Of a stretch of DNA of 64,000 nucleotides, positions 1 to 9,363 are shown piece by piece (within the stretch, counting starts at the first letter, position 1; every line of letters starts with the position of its first letter). The position numbers were made by a program, and so were the translations under genes. The stretch covers positions 1-64,000 of the forward strand of contig JBGSMV010000008.1 in assembly GCA_041739995.1 (NCBI GenBank), read 5' to 3'. Under the pieces are notes generated by a model. That model made no database searches. It was not told where the DNA came from and saw nothing but the letters and a program-made list of their open reading frames with translations. The stretch is from Bdellovibrionota bacterium (lineage in GTDB: Bacteria; Bdellovibrionota_C; UBA2361; JBGSMV01).

Positions 1-43
1 AGTAGCGGTGCTTTAACTCGTCAAAACCTACTATTTCTCTCAT
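1..43 (-). CDS. Possible 5' end of a gene running off the window (MREIVGFDELKHRY...)
   Basis: ATG at 43 on the minus strand opens a frame to the window edge, divergent from the btu leader; too short to identify. Confidence 0.3.
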   Translation of the reverse strand, partial: MREIVGFDELKHRY

Positions 44-185
44 ATTTCCAGAACCTTATAAAAGTTCGGTAACTGGAATTATGAGGCTTCAACCACTCAA
101 ACAGCTTCTCTTTGGTAACCTTTTTTATGAGGCTTATCGCCAACAAAAGGGACAATTGACTCCTCGACACCCTGGTGCTACCGAT

Positions 186-368
186 GCCAGGTGAGTTCAA
201 GGGAAGACGGTGTAATTCCGTCGCGGACCCGCCGCTGTGAATGGATCGCTACTCGCTTGGAGTAGCAGGGGGCATACACATCCACTGAAGCGATAGAGTC
301 TAGTCGACTCTTCGAATCGGGAAGGATTGCCTCGCCAGAGTCCATAAGCCAGAAGACCTACTCACTGT
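186..368 (+). ncRNA. Cobalamin (AdoCbl/B12) riboswitch
   Basis: Conserved blocks in order: AGGT..AAGGGAA-gaCGGTG-tAATtCCG..aCCCGCCGCTGTGA..CCACTG..GGGAAGG..AGCCAGAAGACCT (B12 box); lies upstream of a btuB operon. Confidence 0.95.
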
Positions 369-686
369 TTTTTCTGGAGCACTTTCTAAGGAATTTTTCT
401 TAGCGGGCTTTCTTCAGAAACGAATATCTTCGTTCGCCTTCGTGGATATAGGGCGGGCCTAAAAGTACCCGATTTTATAACAATGCGGTTCTTGAGAAGG
501 AGCAGAGCTACTGCTCTTAGCTTAGATTCTAAGTGTTTGGCTCGCGCTTGCTCGCATTAGGCACTCAGCCCTTATGGGCTCGGGCTTCCTTGCGTCTAAG
601 CAGCATCGGTGTTCGGGGAACCATTGGGTTCCCTGGAATTGCCAGGGTTGCTGAACGCTCTTGAACGGCTCTCACTTGGAGTTCAT

Positions 687-2612
687 GTGGTAAAGAATGC
701 TCGTCTCTCTGTTTTAACCATGCTCTTGTGTGCCTTCGTAACCACAGACGGACAGGCTTCTCCTCCCACACCCGAAGAAGCGAAGACGCGTGAAATTACC
801 GTCAGCGCCACTCGCATCGAGACTCCAGTGGAGAAAGTCGGAAGCTCCGTGACGGTTATCACAAGTGAAGAAATCGAGCGAAGCGGCAAGCATTCAGTCG
901 CAGAAATTCTCCGTACTGTGCCCAGCGTTGACGTAGTTCGCAGTGGGGGCCTTGGAGGCAACACTGCGGTTTTCATCCGCGGAGCAAACTCTGAGCACAC
1001 TTTGATACTGATTGACGGTGTTGAAGCAAACGATCCGATTAATCCCACCCGCAGTTTCAACTTCTCTGACCTATCCCTAGACAATATCGAGCGCATCGAA
1101 GTGCTTCGTGGTGCTCAGAGCACTCTGTACGGCTCGGATGCCATAGGGGGGGTAATCGCAATTTACACTAAGCGTGGACAAGGCGCTCCGTCAGGAACAG
1201 TTTCTATCGAGGGCGGTTCTTACGAGAGCTTCCGTGAACAAGCAAACTTTCAGGCTTCCGTTGAGCAGTCAGATGTCTCGCTCTCAGCTTCGCGAGAAGA
1301 TTCGAGAAGCATCTCTGCTGCGGACGCGAGCGACGGAAATTCTGAACATGACCGCTATGGAAAAACTGCCGCTTCCTTACGGGTAGATACTAAAGCCAGC
1401 GAAGAGCTCACTCTCTCGCTCACTGGGCGATTCACCGATTCGGACTCTGACCTCGATAATAATGGAGGAGTAGGGGGCGACGATCCCAACCGAAAGCTCA
1501 GCAATCAACAACTTTTCACACGCGCCACTGCAACTCTCGACCTTTTCGATTCCGCGCTCGTACAAACGTACGGAGTAGGCTTCACCCGACAAGATGTCGA
1601 CGACAATAACGATCCGGACCCGGCCTCGATTGAGGAACTTCGCAGCAACTATACCGGAGAGCTTCTAAAATTCGATCTGCAAAACAGCATCGACACCGGA
1701 ACTCCTCTTGGGTTTATCGTGGGAATAGAGACCGAACAAGAGCGTGGCTCGTCACGATATAAGAGCGACGGACTGTTTGGTCCATTCGAACAGAATTTCT
1801 CAGAGGAAACCACTCGATCAAACGGCTACTTTGCACAAAGCTTGCTCGACATTCCTGGTCGCTTCTTTGCCTCGGCAGGAGTGCGCCTTGATGACCATTC
1901 CGATTTCGGCACACAGTCCACTTGGCGCGTGGCTCCTGCGTTGCTGATTCCAGAGACGGGCACAAAGTTTCTTGGCTCAATTGGAACAGGTTTTAAGGCA
2001 CCTTCGCTCTTTCAACTCTACTCTAGTTTTGGAAACCCAGATCTTAACCCTGAAGAAAGCACCGGATGGGATATCGGAGTGGCTCAAGATCTTTGGGACG
2101 GCTCGGCCTCTATGCAAGTTACGTTTTTCAAGAACGACTTCGATGACCTGATTTCGTTTGACCCAGAAACTTTCCGTTCGATCAATATCAATGAAGCGAA
2201 ATCCCAGGGCGTGGAAATATCGTCCCTGGTCGACATCGACGACCAGACTTCAATACGCCTTGTTTACACCTATACCGATACCGAAGACGAGGAGACCGGC
2301 CAGACGCTACTGAGACGTGCAAGGAATAAAATAAGTACTTCGCTGCTCTATCAACCGGTAGCCCGCTTTGATTGCTCGGCGACACTGAGCTACATCGGGC
2401 CTAGAGCCGACACGGACTTCTCAACCTTCCCCTCAGAGCGCGTCACCCTGGGCGGCTATACTGTGGCTTCAGCCACCGCGCGATATCAGCTGAGCGAGGA
2501 TTTAGAGTTAGGACTTCGGGCAGAGAACCTCTTTGATAGAGAATATCAGGAGGTGCTTGGATACGGCACCAATGGCGCTGCGATATTTGCTTCGGTAAAA
2601 CTAGCGATATGA
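687..2612 (+). CDS. btuB: TonB-dependent vitamin B12 outer-membrane receptor (ORF open from 609; likely start GTG 687)
   Basis: TonB box EITVSATR; plug motifs IRGANSEHTLILIDGV and IERIEVLRGAQSTLYGSDAIGGVI; C-terminal ENLFDREY barrel motif; GGAG RBS before GTG 687; under the B12 riboswitch. Confidence 0.92.
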   Translation: MVKNARLSVLTMLLCAFVTTDGQASPPTPEEAKTREITVSATRIETPVEKVGSSVTVITSEEIERSGKHSVAEILRTVPSVDVVRSGGLGGNTAVFIRGANSEHTLILIDGVEANDPINPTRSFNFSDLSLDNIERIEVLRGAQSTLYGSDAIGGVIAIYTKRGQGAPSGTVSIEGGSYESFREQANFQASVEQSDVSLSASREDSRSISAADASDGNSEHDRYGKTAASLRVDTKASEELTLSLTGRFTDSDSDLDNNGGVGGDDPNRKLSNQQLFTRATATLDLFDSALVQTYGVGFTRQDVDDNNDPDPASIEELRSNYTGELLKFDLQNSIDTGTPLGFIVGIETEQERGSSRYKSDGLFGPFEQNFSEETTRSNGYFAQSLLDIPGRFFASAGVRLDDHSDFGTQSTWRVAPALLIPETGTKFLGSIGTGFKAPSLFQLYSSFGNPDLNPEESTGWDIGVAQDLWDGSASMQVTFFKNDFDDLISFDPETFRSININEAKSQGVEISSLVDIDDQTSIRLVYTYTDTEDEETGQTLLRRARNKISTSLLYQPVARFDCSATLSYIGPRADTDFSTFPSERVTLGGYTVASATARYQLSEDLELGLRAENLFDREYQEVLGYGTNGAAIFASVKLAI

Positions 2613-3559
2613 TTTCTCGGGGGACACTCACGCTGTTTGGCATACTTCTTTCTATACTCAGCGTGCTTGTCGCCTCCCTTAGCGCAGCCCAAGAATCTGT
2701 AGCTGAATCCGCATCTCGCTCCGCTTTTCACTCCGCTTTTCCCTGGGCATCTCCTTGTGCCCGAATTGTTTCGTTGGCACCTAGCCTGGACGAAGTGCTG
2801 TTTACATTGGGCCTAAGCGAGCACCTAGTCGGTGTAACTCAATTTTCTCGCTACCCAGAAGCCGCAAAGAGCATTCCGAGAGTAGGAGGGTTTCTGGATG
2901 TGAATCGTGAAGCCGTTCTCGCACTTCGTCCCACGCTTGTGATCGCACTTGATGAGATGAGCGAGGCTGCTCAGAGCCTACGTAACCTCGGACTAAGTGT
3001 GGAAATCGTCACGCATAAGACCGTCAGCGGCATCCTGAAGTCCATATCTGACATAGCCACGATCTGCCGAATTCCGGAACGCGGAGAAGAAGCCGTACGC
3101 AATCTACAGTCCTCCGTTGAAAGAATTGGAAAAGTAACGCGTGTCCCTCCGCTCAGAGTACTCGTCGCCGTCGGCGATGATAGCGGGGAGGGCCCGCATC
3201 GCTCGGTCTATGTCTCAGGAAGCGATGGGTATTATTCCGAGCTATTACACCTTCTGGGGGCAGAGAATGTTCATGCGGGGCTAACCATGAGCGTACCCAC
3301 GCTTTCAGCCGAAGGACTAGTGGCGCTGGACCCTGACGTGGTGTTGGTAGTGTCGTCTAAGATTCTAGACGCCCAGGAACGCCAGCGCGTCATTTCCGCA
3401 TGGCATCAAGTCCCAGGGCTTAGAATAGCCACTCACAAGACCGTCTATGTGCTGGACCAGGACTTTATGACCATCCCGGGACCTCGCTATGTCGAGGCAC
3501 TTGGCCAGATATCAGAGGTGTTGCATGCTGCCCTCGCCGCATTGGATCGAAAAGCATGA
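2609..3559 (+). CDS. btuF: Periplasmic cobalamin-binding protein (helical-backbone metal receptor)
   Basis: RIVSLAPS..E.LF.LG, IPRVGGFLDVNREAVLALRPTLVI, IPGPR; signal peptide; ATGA overlap with btuB. Confidence 0.88.
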   Translation: MISRGTLTLFGILLSILSVLVASLSAAQESVAESASRSAFHSAFPWASPCARIVSLAPSLDEVLFTLGLSEHLVGVTQFSRYPEAAKSIPRVGGFLDVNREAVLALRPTLVIALDEMSEAAQSLRNLGLSVEIVTHKTVSGILKSISDIATICRIPERGEEAVRNLQSSVERIGKVTRVPPLRVLVAVGDDSGEGPHRSVYVSGSDGYYSELLHLLGAENVHAGLTMSVPTLSAEGLVALDPDVVLVVSSKILDAQERQRVISAWHQVPGLRIATHKTVYVLDQDFMTIPGPRYVEALGQISEVLHAALAALDRKA

Positions 3560-4338
3560 CCCTCCTGTCTCTCAAAAAGGTTACCTATCACGCACCATTC
3601 ATGGCGCCCGAGAAGTCTCGCGCGATACTCCAAGACGTATCCTTTGATCTCAAGCGCGCTGAGTGCGTCGCGCTCATCGGCCCCAATGGGGCAGGAAAGA
3701 CTACACTGCTGCGGTGCATACTTGGCCTAAACAAATTTCTCGGCGATATCATTCTCGAAGACCGAGACATCTCTGCAATGTGCCCTACCCAACGAGCCCA
3801 ACGCATTGCCTATGTTCCTCAAGCGCTTGAGCATATCCCTGACCTATCAGTGAGAGAGCTGATTGAAATGGGAAGGTATTGCCACAACGACTATGCTGTC
3901 TGCGACTCATCTCATCCCAGCGTATATCGTGCGATAGAGCAGCTCGACCTTCTCACACTGTGCAATCGCTCCTTAATCTCCTTGAGCGGCGGCGAGCGAC
4001 AACGTTGCCTTATTGCCGCCGCTCTCGCACAAGACCCGACTCTTTTGCTGCTCGACGAACCCACTGCCTTTCTCGATCCTGGAGTTCGGGAGGACATTCT
4101 TCGCTGGGTCACCAAACTATCGACGGAGCGAGACATGAGCGTCGTGTTTGTAACTCACGACATAAATGCAGCGGCAAGCTATTCTGAAAGGGTTATCGCA
4201 TTGCGAGCGGGACAGCTAGTTTTCGACGGCACTGCGACATTCCTCCTTAACCAGCAATCGCTTTCCCAGATCTATTCGCGTGATTTTCGACTTATTCCAG
4301 ATCCTATTCGGAATATTCCCGTCGTGGTCGCCGCCTAA
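3556..4338 (+). CDS. btuD: Cobalamin/iron-siderophore ABC transporter ATP-binding protein
   Basis: Walker A GPNGAGKT, signature LSGGERQR, Walker B LLLLDEPT, H-loop VTHD. Confidence 0.88.
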   Translation: MTLLSLKKVTYHAPFMAPEKSRAILQDVSFDLKRAECVALIGPNGAGKTTLLRCILGLNKFLGDIILEDRDISAMCPTQRAQRIAYVPQALEHIPDLSVRELIEMGRYCHNDYAVCDSSHPSVYRAIEQLDLLTLCNRSLISLSGGERQRCLIAAALAQDPTLLLLDEPTAFLDPGVREDILRWVTKLSTERDMSVVFVTHDINAAASYSERVIALRAGQLVFDGTATFLLNQQSLSQIYSRDFRLIPDPIRNIPVVVAA

Positions 4339-4349
4339 AAGTTTGAGCT

Positions 4350-5351
4350 ATGGAGGAAGTTCGTTCTAATTCTCGAGACAGTAACCGCCTTCTGCTTTTC
4401 CTGGTGGCTATTAGCGCACTGGCCGCGCTTTGTGCTCCACTCTGGGGCCCTTCGTCCTTGTCTCTGGAAAATCTGTTGCAAGGGGACCAAGTCACCGCGC
4501 AAATTTTCTGGGAGCTACGCCTACCACGCGTCGGGTGCGCCTACCTGGTAGGTGCGATGCTGGCGGTTGCCGGCTTAATCTTTCAAACCCTCTTTCGAAA
4601 CCCCCTCGCCACGCCGTTTACTCTAGGAGTCTCTAGTGGCGCTGCTCTGTGCGCCGCTCTCTACACCTGGAGCGGAATAGCATTCAGTTGGTACGGCCTT
4701 GGCGGGAGCACCATTGCTGCATTCGTGGGTGCATCGCTCACGCTCTGGGCGGTTTTGCTTATGAGCAGGCATAGAGGCACTGGGTCTTCTGATGGCATTC
4801 TTATTATTGGGATGATGCTTAGCTTTTTCTTTTCAAGCGTACTCATGTTTGTTCAATACTTGAGTGACGTATCCCAAGTGTTTCGCATGACGCGCTGGTT
4901 GATGGGGAGCCTGGACTCAAGCAGCCTGCAATCTCTCTTTGTTCTCATGGTGTTGGCGGTTCCTCTGATGATCATTATCTTCCGTCACCATAGAGAGCTT
5001 GACGTTCTCCAAATTGGTGATGATTTGGCGACCACTCGAGGAGTTGAGGTTCACTCGGTGCGACGCCGCATGCTGGTGTGCTCTTCTCTCTTGGTAGCCG
5101 CCGTAGTGGCCTGCGCAGGCCCTATTGGTTTCGTCGGAATAATGGTGCCGTTCACTATGCAGCGCTTGATCGGACGCGCTCACAAGCTCCAGTTGGTGGC
5201 GTGTGCCCTAGGTGGAGGGGTTTTTTTGCTGCTGTCTGATACCGCTGCGCGCCTGATGGTCGCACCCTATGAGATTCCCGTGGGCATTCTCACTGCGCTG
5301 CTCGGCGTACCTTTTTTCTTTATGGTGCTGATACGCCGAAAAGGGTTTTAA
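4350..5351 (+). CDS. btuC: Cobalamin/iron-chelate ABC transporter permease (FecCD family)
   Basis: LRLPR, QTLFRNPLATPFTLGVSSGA, GPIGFVG, EIPVGILTALLGVPFF; many TM helices. Confidence 0.9.
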   Translation: MEEVRSNSRDSNRLLLFLVAISALAALCAPLWGPSSLSLENLLQGDQVTAQIFWELRLPRVGCAYLVGAMLAVAGLIFQTLFRNPLATPFTLGVSSGAALCAALYTWSGIAFSWYGLGGSTIAAFVGASLTLWAVLLMSRHRGTGSSDGILIIGMMLSFFFSSVLMFVQYLSDVSQVFRMTRWLMGSLDSSSLQSLFVLMVLAVPLMIIIFRHHRELDVLQIGDDLATTRGVEVHSVRRRMLVCSSLLVAAVVACAGPIGFVGIMVPFTMQRLIGRAHKLQLVACALGGGVFLLLSDTAARLMVAPYEIPVGILTALLGVPFFFMVLIRRKGF

Positions 5352-5361
5352 AAAATACGCG

Positions 5362-6864
5362 CTAACGCCGCAGAAGTACCAGCTGAACTTGCCCTTGAAC
5401 TTCGTTCCCGACGCCGCTTTTACCTGCCAAATCAGTATCGGAAGTTCGTACTCCTTTACCGTCAACTCTACTGCGAGAGACCCCCAGTCTCAAAAGTGAA
5501 CTCTTTAGTCTCTCTGCTCTAAGTTGTGCAAGAGCCAGGGTAGAAATGTCGTCCTCCGAAGCCGCGTCGAACCTTGTGGGGACCGAAATTTCAACTCGTG
5601 CTCGTGGGTGGTCGGCTAATAATTCCGCAATACGAGTGAACCAACGAGAGGTGTCGGTCTCCGGCTCTCCACGGCCCTTCTCAAATTCAATACCGGACAG
5701 CACAAAGGTGCCTGATTCTCGAGTGACTTTATCCGAAGATTCAAGCAGCTCTTGAAGTCTAGAAATTTCGCTCTCTATATTCCCGGTGACGTTACCGGGG
5801 GAGACGACTTCCTGTGCCTCATTCTGTGACGCAGCACTAGGAGGGAGCGAAACAGCCGCCACTGACTCGAGAGCGCCAACAGGCTCAACCTGAATTCCAG
5901 TTTCCGCAGTCACTGGGTCCCCCGCGGTTACCGCTTCAAGCTCTTCCGCAGCTTCAGGCAACACCTGCGGAGACAATCCGGCACGTGCTTCGTCCGTACT
6001 GAGCTCCGTATTTGCTTCCAAAGTGTCTTGGGCAAGCCGTTGACGCTTTCTTGCTCTCACTTGGGAAACAGGAATTTCCTCTGCCAAATGCGTGTCTTCA
6101 GAGAAAGCAAACTCTCGTAGCATATTCCCCGAGTCGGACTGGAAGAACAGGTAGGCCGCACCACCCAACAATACAGGAGCAATGAGCGCGACACTTCGAA
6201 AGCCGGTTCTTGTGGAGGTCACAGTGGCTTCTTCAGTGGGGTCCCAGCGCATAAATTGTGGAACATCCGCCCCGAGAAAATGAGCGTCCTCGTTGTCCGA
6301 AAGAGGCATCGCACTTCGACTTCCTAAAAATCGGGCCCGGGGCCCAACCGAGACCTTCCCGGAGCCAGTATGAGGAGACGGAGACAAAAACTCGATGCGA
6401 CTGGCCTGCAGGGCCTCTGCCGAAAGTCCAGAGCGTTTCGTTTCAGCGCCGATAGTAGCAACCACAAAGAGCAGCATGACGTCTAGTAGGTCTGCTGCCA
6501 CCTCGGTGTTCAATTCGAATTGAGTCGCGAGTGCTTCGAGGTCGACCGACGAGGTCCCGCCAAATAGTCGGGTCCCAATATCTCTCCCAGCGGAAATCAC
6601 TTCGGCGAGATGCGAAGCAACGTTCATGGCCCGCAGCCGCTCGACCGCAATCTCATCGAACCCGCACTCCTCGACAATCTGAAGCAAGGAGTTGGCAAAC
6701 TCAAGGGATTCCAACTCACCGCATAGACGGTCGGTCACACAGGATGTAGCTGCACGAACAAGTAATTCTGAGGTTCTCGGCGACGCCGGTGGTGAGGACT
6801 TCACCAATGCGACCACTATATCTCGCGGTAGAGCAGCACAGGCACGTTCAAAAATTGAGATCAT
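5362..6864 (-). CDS. Membrane-anchored OmpA-C-like (peptidoglycan-binding) protein with helical, DUF937-like N-terminal region
   Basis: One central TM (VALIAPVLLGGAAYLFF), acidic linker, C-terminal IEFEKG..LLADHPRARVEI..LAQLRAERLKSSLLRLGVSRSRVDGKG (degenerate OmpA_C). Confidence 0.6.
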   Translation of the reverse strand: MISIFERACAALPRDIVVALVKSSPPASPRTSELLVRAATSCVTDRLCGELESLEFANSLLQIVEECGFDEIAVERLRAMNVASHLAEVISAGRDIGTRLFGGTSSVDLEALATQFELNTEVAADLLDVMLLFVVATIGAETKRSGLSAEALQASRIEFLSPSPHTGSGKVSVGPRARFLGSRSAMPLSDNEDAHFLGADVPQFMRWDPTEEATVTSTRTGFRSVALIAPVLLGGAAYLFFQSDSGNMLREFAFSEDTHLAEEIPVSQVRARKRQRLAQDTLEANTELSTDEARAGLSPQVLPEAAEELEAVTAGDPVTAETGIQVEPVGALESVAAVSLPPSAASQNEAQEVVSPGNVTGNIESEISRLQELLESSDKVTRESGTFVLSGIEFEKGRGEPETDTSRWFTRIAELLADHPRARVEISVPTRFDAASEDDISTLALAQLRAERLKSSLLRLGVSRSRVDGKGVRTSDTDLAGKSGVGNEVQGQVQLVLLRR

Positions 6865-7207
6865 ATTCCCCCAACAACCTTTCGCGCAGAGGTATGCACG
6901 AAGGTTTGAGGTACCATTGATCCACGCTTCTTGACCACCGGTTATCTGAAATCGACGACGCCCTGCGGACTGCTAACCTACCGAATTTAAGCAAATTTTA
7001 AGGCCGTCACCCTTGACATTTGCGGAGTTGTTTAGTTCGGACTCTTCGAATTTGACACCGATCTTCGTTTATTAACCAAGCACAAAGCGAGACTCACGAA
7101 ACGGCCATTCTCAGCCTCCGCAACGCTGACTCACACGTCGCATCTCAAGCGGGCACAAAAAGCGGAGGTTCGAGAACAATCCTCCGACATAATTAGGCAG
7201 GTCCACT

Positions 7208-9070
7208 ATGGGTATGGAACCTTCAAATCAACCTTCACCACAGCCTCAAAAGGCCAAACGTTCCACCACGCCAACGCTTGAGGCCTTCGGAAGGGACCTT
7301 ACGGCGCTCGCTCAGGCAGGAAAACTCGACCCCGTAGTAGGCAGAAACGCGGAAGTCGAGCGCTGTTTGCAGACCCTCATACGAAAATCAAAGAATAACC
7401 CCATCCTTATTGGGGAAGCAGGGGTCGGGAAAACGGCCATCGCCGAAGGACTTGCCCAGCTCATTGCGTCAAAAGAAGTTCCTCCAGAACTAGAAGACAC
7501 GAGAATCATCTCGCTTGACGTTACCGCGATGGTAGCGGGCACAAAGTATCGTGGGGAGTTTGAGGAGCGCTTGAAATCCTTACTCCACGAAGTGAAGACT
7601 TCAAAGAATGTGATCGTCTTCATTGACGAGATTCACACCATCATTGATGCCGGTGCGGGTAGTGGCAGCATGGACATGGCGCAAATTCTAAAGCCCGCCT
7701 TGGCTAGAGGGGAATTCCGCTGCATTGGGGCCACCACATTAGACGAATATAGAAAGCATATTGAGAAGGACGCGGCCTTGGAGCGTCGTTTCCAGCCAGT
7801 GCGAGTCGATGCACCAAACGCCGAAGATACGATCAAGATTTGCAACGCGGTGTGCAAAAAGTTGTCGGAACACCATAAAGCTGAATTTCCGCCTGAGGTG
7901 ATTCGCCAAGCGGTTCGCTTAGCAGGGCAATATATTCACGACCGCCATTTTCCGGATAAAGCGATTGATGTCCTGGACGAAGCAGGTTCACGCGCACAAA
8001 TCGCTGGAGAGAAGCAAGTTACTCTCGAGCGTGTTTACCAGGTGGCAAGCCAAATCACAGGCGTACCTCTGTCTCAGCTCTCAGAGACTGAAGGAGCAAG
8101 GTTGCTTCTGATGGAAACTCACCTCAAAGGCAGAATTATCGGACAAGAACATGCCCTAAAGATGGTTTCGCGTGCGATTCGCATCTCCCGATCCGGGCTC
8201 AAGGACCCCAAGCGACCCATTGGTAGCTTTCTCTTCATGGGACCAACCGGAGTCGGAAAAACCGAAACGGTAAAGGCCCTGGCAGAGTTCATGTTTGGCT
8301 CGCCTGAAGACGTCATTGTGCTCGACATGTCTGAGTTCATGGAAAAACACAATGCGTCACTCCTCGTGGGCGCTCCTCCAGGATACATCGGCTACGAGAA
8401 CGGCGGTCTTCTAACCGAAAGAGTGCGCCGCAAGCCTTACTCAATAGTGCTGCTTGATGAGGTCGAAAAAGCCCACCCGGATGTATTCAACATGTTGTTG
8501 CAGGTGCTGGAAGAAGGGCGACTTACCGACGGTATGGGACGCAACGTCGACTTCAGTAATACCATCATCGTCATGACATCAAATCTAGGCGCCGAAGCCT
8601 CTCGTCGCGGCGGATTTGGATTTGCGCAGCAAAGCGATCCTGTAGCCGCCCAAGGCCAGCGCGAGCGCCAAATGCTCGGCGCCATGGAAGAGTTCTTTCG
8701 CCCCGAATTTATTAACCGCCTCGACGGGGTGGCGGTATTCGAGCCCTTGTCGAAAGAGCAATTAACTAAAATCGTGGACCTCGAGCTACGCAAAGTAAAC
8801 GCGCTCGCTGAGGGTAGGGGCATTTCGCTGGAATTTACTCAGGAGGCAAAGGCCTTGATTCTGGAACGCGGCTACAACCCAGAATTCGGGGCTCGCCCAC
8901 TAAAGCGCGCCATTCAGTCACTTCTTGTGGATCAATTGTCTGAGGCACTACTTTCAGGCTCGATAAAGGGCGGAGACATGGTGCTGGTCGATTGTGGAGA
9001 CAACGAACTGCTTTGCCGAACGATTCCGCTGCCCAAGATTGAAGAGCCACCAGCAGCAGTTATGCACTAG
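7208..9070 (+). CDS. clpC: ClpA/ClpC-type Hsp100 AAA+ ATPase lacking the N-terminal and middle domains
   Basis: LDPVVGR; Walker A GEAGVGKT and GPTGVGKT; Walker B FIDEIH and LLDEVEKAH; pore loops KYRG and GYIG; FGF ClpP-docking-like loop; FRPEFINRLD; GARPL. Confidence 0.88.
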   Translation: MGMEPSNQPSPQPQKAKRSTTPTLEAFGRDLTALAQAGKLDPVVGRNAEVERCLQTLIRKSKNNPILIGEAGVGKTAIAEGLAQLIASKEVPPELEDTRIISLDVTAMVAGTKYRGEFEERLKSLLHEVKTSKNVIVFIDEIHTIIDAGAGSGSMDMAQILKPALARGEFRCIGATTLDEYRKHIEKDAALERRFQPVRVDAPNAEDTIKICNAVCKKLSEHHKAEFPPEVIRQAVRLAGQYIHDRHFPDKAIDVLDEAGSRAQIAGEKQVTLERVYQVASQITGVPLSQLSETEGARLLLMETHLKGRIIGQEHALKMVSRAIRISRSGLKDPKRPIGSFLFMGPTGVGKTETVKALAEFMFGSPEDVIVLDMSEFMEKHNASLLVGAPPGYIGYENGGLLTERVRRKPYSIVLLDEVEKAHPDVFNMLLQVLEEGRLTDGMGRNVDFSNTIIVMTSNLGAEASRRGGFGFAQQSDPVAAQGQRERQMLGAMEEFFRPEFINRLDGVAVFEPLSKEQLTKIVDLELRKVNALAEGRGISLEFTQEAKALILERGYNPEFGARPLKRAIQSLLVDQLSEALLSGSIKGGDMVLVDCGDNELLCRTIPLPKIEEPPAAVMH

Positions 9071-9231
9071 GAGTCTATGCCACAGGCACAGACGACGACG
9101 TCCAGCCGTCTTGTCTTCGGTAGCCTTGGCGGAAGAGGAAGCCTTCTCAAATATAGGTACTGCCCAAGACAGTCCGGGCGAAAGCGGACTGCTCGTACCA
9201 CCTCTATGTCCCACCTCTATGTCACAGACTC
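9071..9231 (+). mobile_element. MITE-like repeat element, copy 1
   Basis: Ends GAGTCTATGCCACAG...CTATGTCACAGACTC, flanked by CTAG and ATAG; homologous to 30269-30446 and 40516-40663. Confidence 0.8.
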
Positions 9232-9363
9232 ATAGTCCACTCTCACCGCGCAGGGTCCCAACAGCTCCCCGTGAGGGGAGAGTTGCTCTGCACTGATCAA
9301 TCATGCCGCAAACACTTGAATTTGCTGACTGCCCTGCATCAGACTACAGCTTAACAGCTGCGA

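Noticed and set aside
6865..7207. CIRCE or CtsR heat-shock operator, or sigma28 promoter, upstream of the Clp gene
   Set aside because: No TTAGCACTC-N9-GAGTGCTAA or heptad repeats; TCCGACAT is part of a CGGAGG/CCTCCG hairpin and has no matching -35.
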